Shown in pieces: positions 60,946 through 64,000 of a stretch of DNA of 64,000 nucleotides. Where the stretch lies: positions 167,793 through 231,792 of the forward strand of contig JACQJR010000001.1 in NCBI GenBank assembly GCA_016204995.1. The letters are read 5' to 3'. How positions within the stretch are numbered: position 1 is the first letter of the stretch; every line of letters begins with the position of its first letter. The position numbers were made by a program, and so were the translations under genes. The notes under the pieces are model-generated. The model saw nothing but the letters and a program-made list of their open reading frames with translations. It made no database searches and was not told the origin of the DNA. Source of the stretch: Candidatus Microgenomates bacterium. GTDB taxonomy: Bacteria; Patescibacteriota; Microgenomatia; UBA8517; JACQJR01.

Positions 60946-61551
60946 CTACTCAATTTGGGCAAGTTTGGTTTTAACGGAGTCTAGATAGTTGATATATTCG
61001 CTAAGGGAACCTTTTTGATCATCTGATAGTTGAGTAATTAAATAATTCAACAATATCTTTTGTTTATCAATCGACATCATAAATTTAGTTTTTAAAATCG
61101 ACATATTTACAGATTTTAGGTCTGCTGCTTTTTGAGTAAAACTTAATGCTTCTTCTACTTTACTTTTACCAAAATCAAGGGTTTTTTTGGCATTTTGATA
61201 ATCATTTTTCATCAATAATTTCTCTGCCTCTAATAATCTCTTTTCTGAAAGAGTAATATTGTATTCTGCTTTATTATAGTTTCCGAAAATAAACCATCCC
61301 CTTAATGACTCCTTAAAGAATTTTAAAAAATACAAGGAATCACTAGCGGTTTTACCAGCCGATAAGGGCCAAAAAAGTTGATAAGAATCAACGGGTGTAG
61401 GAACGGGAGTAGGCGAGGGGGTTAATAAAACAGTTTTAGTAGCCATTACATTAGAGGAAGCTAATAGTAAAAGTAAAATGACCCAAAAATTAATTAAAAA
61501 ACTTCTCATCTCCCTAAACCTAGTATAGGTATAAGCCATCCGTCCTGTCAA
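60946..61551 (-). CDS. Membrane-anchored/secreted hypothetical protein with Pro/Thr-rich linker
   Basis: N-terminal hydrophobic segment FLINFWVILLLLLASS, then TPSPTPVPTPV linker. Remainder predicted helical. Confidence 0.3.
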   Translation of the reverse strand: MTGRMAYTYTRFREMRSFLINFWVILLLLLASSNVMATKTVLLTPSPTPVPTPVDSYQLFWPLSAGKTASDSLYFLKFFKESLRGWFIFGNYNKAEYNITLSEKRLLEAEKLLMKNDYQNAKKTLDFGKSKVEEALSFTQKAADLKSVNMSILKTKFMMSIDKQKILLNYLITQLSDDQKGSLSEYINYLDSVKTKLAQIE

Positions 61552-61578
61552 TAGGAAACTATATTCTCCTTCAGATAT

Positions 61579-62790
61579 TTGGTATCATTTAAACATTACA
61601 TGTGGCCATTTTTTACTTTAAAGCTGCAAAAGCAAAAATTAGCAGATAGTATAAACAAAGTTTTATCTCAAGCTGATTTAAGGAAAAAGATTAGAAAATT
61701 TTCTATAATCTTAGTCACTCCTATTTTTAGTATCTTTTTTACTTTATTAATCATGGAAGGGTTTATCAGGGCATTTTTACACCCTAGCGAAGCTCCTGAT
61801 ATTTATTTCAATAATAATCTAGGTAATCTTTTTGTTCCTAATCAAACTGGCTACTACATTAAAGGTAAAAACTCCGAAATTATAGCTAAATTTAACATTA
61901 ATAAACAAGGATGGAATTCGCCTTATGATTATATAGAAACTAAATCACCAACTATTAAACGCTTCGCTTTCATCGGTGACTCATTTATAGAATCTCTACA
62001 AGTTAATTATGATAAATCATACCCATATTTACTTAATGAAAAGTTAAAAAATAAAAATGTTGATGTTTATACTTTTGGCCATTCCGGTGCCAACCTAATT
62101 CATTATTCCCATATGATGGACTTTGTAGGAAATAAATACCAACCGGATTTGGTTTTTGTCAATATTGTTAGTAATGATTTCAAAGAAAGTCTTAGTGGCT
62201 ACAACCGAATAGACAATTGGTCTCTTATCTATAATAATAAAGGTTTTAGTCAAAAGTCACCCAGGGAGGTTAGTAATTTAGCGATTAAACGCTTAGCTAG
62301 AAAATCCGCCTTAGTCAGATATCTAACTATTAATCTTGATTTAATCAATACCTCTCCTTTTCTGAATAAAATTTTTTATGCAGAAACTAGACAAAATAAA
62401 TTAGATAAAAATATGGAAGAGTTATTTGATGGTAATCAGTTTTTGGAATCTATGGTTGAATATATACTTCAACAATTTTTGACTATCAGTAAAGATAATA
62501 AATTTAAGCTTGTATTAGTTTTAGATACGGATAGGCAAGCTATTTATGGTAATCAAGATCTATATAAAACTGAAAACTATAGATACAGATCGGCTGTTAA
62601 AACTGCTGCTAAAAAATTCAATATTAATGTTATAGATTTAACCGAAATTTTCCAAAAAGACTGGCAGGTTAATCACAAGAGATTTGATTGGTCCATTGAT
62701 GACCATTGGAATGAATATGGGCATGAATTAGTAGTAAATACTATTAATAATTGGTTAAATTCTTTTAATAAAAACTATAAACTTTTTTAA
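61579..62790 (+). CDS. SGNH/GDSL-family hydrolase with N-terminal TM anchor (possible glycan O-acetylesterase/acyltransferase module)
   Basis: FAFIGDSFIE (GDS block I). FGHSGAN (block II Gly). DDHWNEYGHELV (DxxH block V). The likely true start is the ATG at 61600; the ORF-track TTG is at 61579. Confidence 0.6.
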   Translation: MVSFKHYMWPFFTLKLQKQKLADSINKVLSQADLRKKIRKFSIILVTPIFSIFFTLLIMEGFIRAFLHPSEAPDIYFNNNLGNLFVPNQTGYYIKGKNSEIIAKFNINKQGWNSPYDYIETKSPTIKRFAFIGDSFIESLQVNYDKSYPYLLNEKLKNKNVDVYTFGHSGANLIHYSHMMDFVGNKYQPDLVFVNIVSNDFKESLSGYNRIDNWSLIYNNKGFSQKSPREVSNLAIKRLARKSALVRYLTINLDLINTSPFLNKIFYAETRQNKLDKNMEELFDGNQFLESMVEYILQQFLTISKDNKFKLVLVLDTDRQAIYGNQDLYKTENYRYRSAVKTAAKKFNINVIDLTEIFQKDWQVNHKRFDWSIDDHWNEYGHELVVNTINNWLNSFNKNYKLF

Positions 62791-63883
62791 CTAATTGCAA
62801 ACTTTGCTGGCGAGATTTATTCCAATCAAAATTTTTACTCCACCTTAATGCACCTTGTTGTAACTTTTGATATTCTTTTTGATTAGCTAATAAATCAACT
62901 ATATTACTGGCTAAATTTTCTGGAGAATTTTGACTACACAAAATTCCACTTACACCTTCCTCAATTGAATCAATTATTCCTTGCGATTTGTAGGCTACCA
63001 CGGGTGTCCCTACACTATTGGCTTCAATATTAACCAAACCCCATCCTTCATGTACTGATGGATTAACTAAAATATGACTTCTTGACAGAAGTGTAAATTT
63101 TTTGGCTTGTGTCACATATCCCCAAAATTTAATCTTTTTGGATAAATTTAATTTATTAACTAATCTTTTTAATTGATTAAAATATTTGGCCGTCTCTGGT
63201 TTCCCAATTACCCAAAATTGCCAAGTAGGTGGTAATAAAGAAAAACATTTAATAGCATCCTCTATACCCTTATCTTTTGATAATATTCCCAGATAAACAA
63301 CTGTTTTAACTTTTAACTTTGTACTTTTAACTTTTAACTTAGTAGTTATTACTCCATGTGGTATTACTGCAATATTTTTTGGGGGTATTCCCATTTTAAT
63401 AACATCGGCTTTTGCTGATTCTGAACCAGTCATAAATGGAGTTTTTTTATAGATTAAAAAAATAAAAGGTTCAACCCAATAACCCAATAACCCAATAACC
63501 CAATTTAAGGGTCGCGGCAAAGGATTTAAAAACCAAACTTTTCTAGCGGTTTCTTGAATTACTGCTAATTTTGGTTTTCTAACATATAGTGGAGTAAAAA
63601 ATGGCAAGCCATGAAATTGATCAACAATGAAATCAAAATTACTTTTATTTTTCAGATAATAATAAAATCCTGCTATTTGAACGCCTAAATATTGATAACC
63701 TCCGCGAATAATTTTTACACCTCCTATATATTCTTCTGGTTGAGAATTAGGAAAGCGTGAAGAAAAAAGCATCACTTGATACCCCGCCTTAATCCACCCT
63801 TTCATATGCTGATGCATTACCTGCTCTGCTCCACCAGCCAAAGGATGTTTTGGATCTCTCCAGGAAAAAACTAAAATGTTCAT
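62765..63883 (-). CDS. GT4 family (GT-B) glycosyltransferase
   Basis: HEGWGLVNIEANSVGTPVV EX7E motif. Contains an internal 8-nt x4 repeat and a 21-nt tandem repeat. Confidence 0.7.
   Translation of the reverse strand: MNILVFSWRDPKHPLAGGAEQVMHQHMKGWIKAGYQVMLFSSRFPNSQPEEYIGGVKIIRGGYQYLGVQIAGFYYYLKNKSNFDFIVDQFHGLPFFTPLYVRKPKLAVIQETARKVWFLNPLPRPLNWVIGLLGYWVEPFIFLIYKKTPFMTGSESAKADVIKMGIPPKNIAVIPHGVITTKLKVKSTKLKVKTVVYLGILSKDKGIEDAIKCFSLLPPTWQFWVIGKPETAKYFNQLKRLVNKLNLSKKIKFWGYVTQAKKFTLLSRSHILVNPSVHEGWGLVNIEANSVGTPVVAYKSQGIIDSIEEGVSGILCSQNSPENLASNIVDLLANQKEYQKLQQGALRWSKNFDWNKSRQQSLQLVKKVYSFY
63303..63344. repeat. 21-nt tandem direct repeat x2 (GTTTTAACTTTTAACTTTGTA / CTTTTAACTTTTAACTTAGTA) inside the GT4 coding region, in frame (KLKVKST/KLKVKTV)
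   Basis: 19/21 identity between the two copies. Confidence 0.7.
63473..63504. repeat. Octanucleotide simple-sequence repeat (AACCCAAT)x4 inside the GT4 coding region
   Basis: Four perfect tandem copies read from the sequence. On the coding strand they encode NWVIGLLGYWV. Confidence 0.8.
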
Positions 63884-64000
63884 ATCATTTAAGGATGAAA
63901 AATTTTAAGCTATAAATGTTCTTACCCTTAAAAGGGTTAGAGGATAAAGCTTAACTGCCCTTGTAAACCATTTAGAAGCTTCTTTTATATTACGCTCCAT

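Noticed and set aside
63905-64000. Minus-strand reading frame running into the window end (last 31 codons before a TAA at 63907..63905)
   Set aside because: Too short to evaluate. Could be the C-terminus of a gene beyond the window or non-coding.

Overview
This 64 kb AT-rich (~33% GC) bacterial segment is a single, densely packed cell-envelope glycan/glycoconjugate biosynthesis island. It carries about 50 CDS in alternating operon-like strand blocks. I found no rRNA, tRNA, CRISPR array, integrase or transposase. The standard genetic code fits: ORFs are long and TGA is used as a stop. Contents by class: (1) nucleotide-sugar modification. gmd plus fcl give a GDP-fucose pathway. Two Gfo/Idh/MocA oxidoreductases, two or three DegT aminotransferases and a hexapeptide acetyltransferase form WbpB/WbpE/WbpD-like sets. 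There is also a sugar N-formyltransferase, a PglF-like 4,6-dehydratase fused to a DegT aminotransferase, an FdtA-like cupin isomerase, two SDR epimerases and a GalU-like nucleotidyltransferase. (2) Transferases. At least 8 GT2 enzymes, several of them Dpm1/GtrB-like polyprenyl-phosphate sugar synthases, and 3 GT4 enzymes. (3) Polytopic GT-C-type membrane proteins. I count 11 to 14 in at least three paralog groups. Group A has three PMT/ArnT-like proteins with an HPDE loop motif and a shared C-terminal CBM-like domain. Group B has three proteins with a WDE loop motif, one pair carrying a 112-nt perfectly identical gene-conversion tract. Group C has three YfhO-like proteins with C-terminal discoidin-like domains. 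There is also a 1179-aa giant and three further membrane proteins. (4) Other. 3 class I SAM methyltransferases plus one degenerate MTase domain fused to a GT2, 2 radical SAM/SPASM-type enzymes (one with a non-canonical CX3CX3C motif), 3 HD-domain paralogs and an SGNH hydrolase. Several genes appear to be transcribed from sigma70-like promoters placed so that the mRNA would be leaderless. I read the locus as a largely uncharacterised, lipid-linked (polyprenyl-P-sugar dependent) extracytoplasmic glycosylation system. The organism is possibly a Patescibacteria/CPR-like or other low-GC lineage; that is an inference only. All functional calls come from reading the supplied translations for motifs; no database searches were run.
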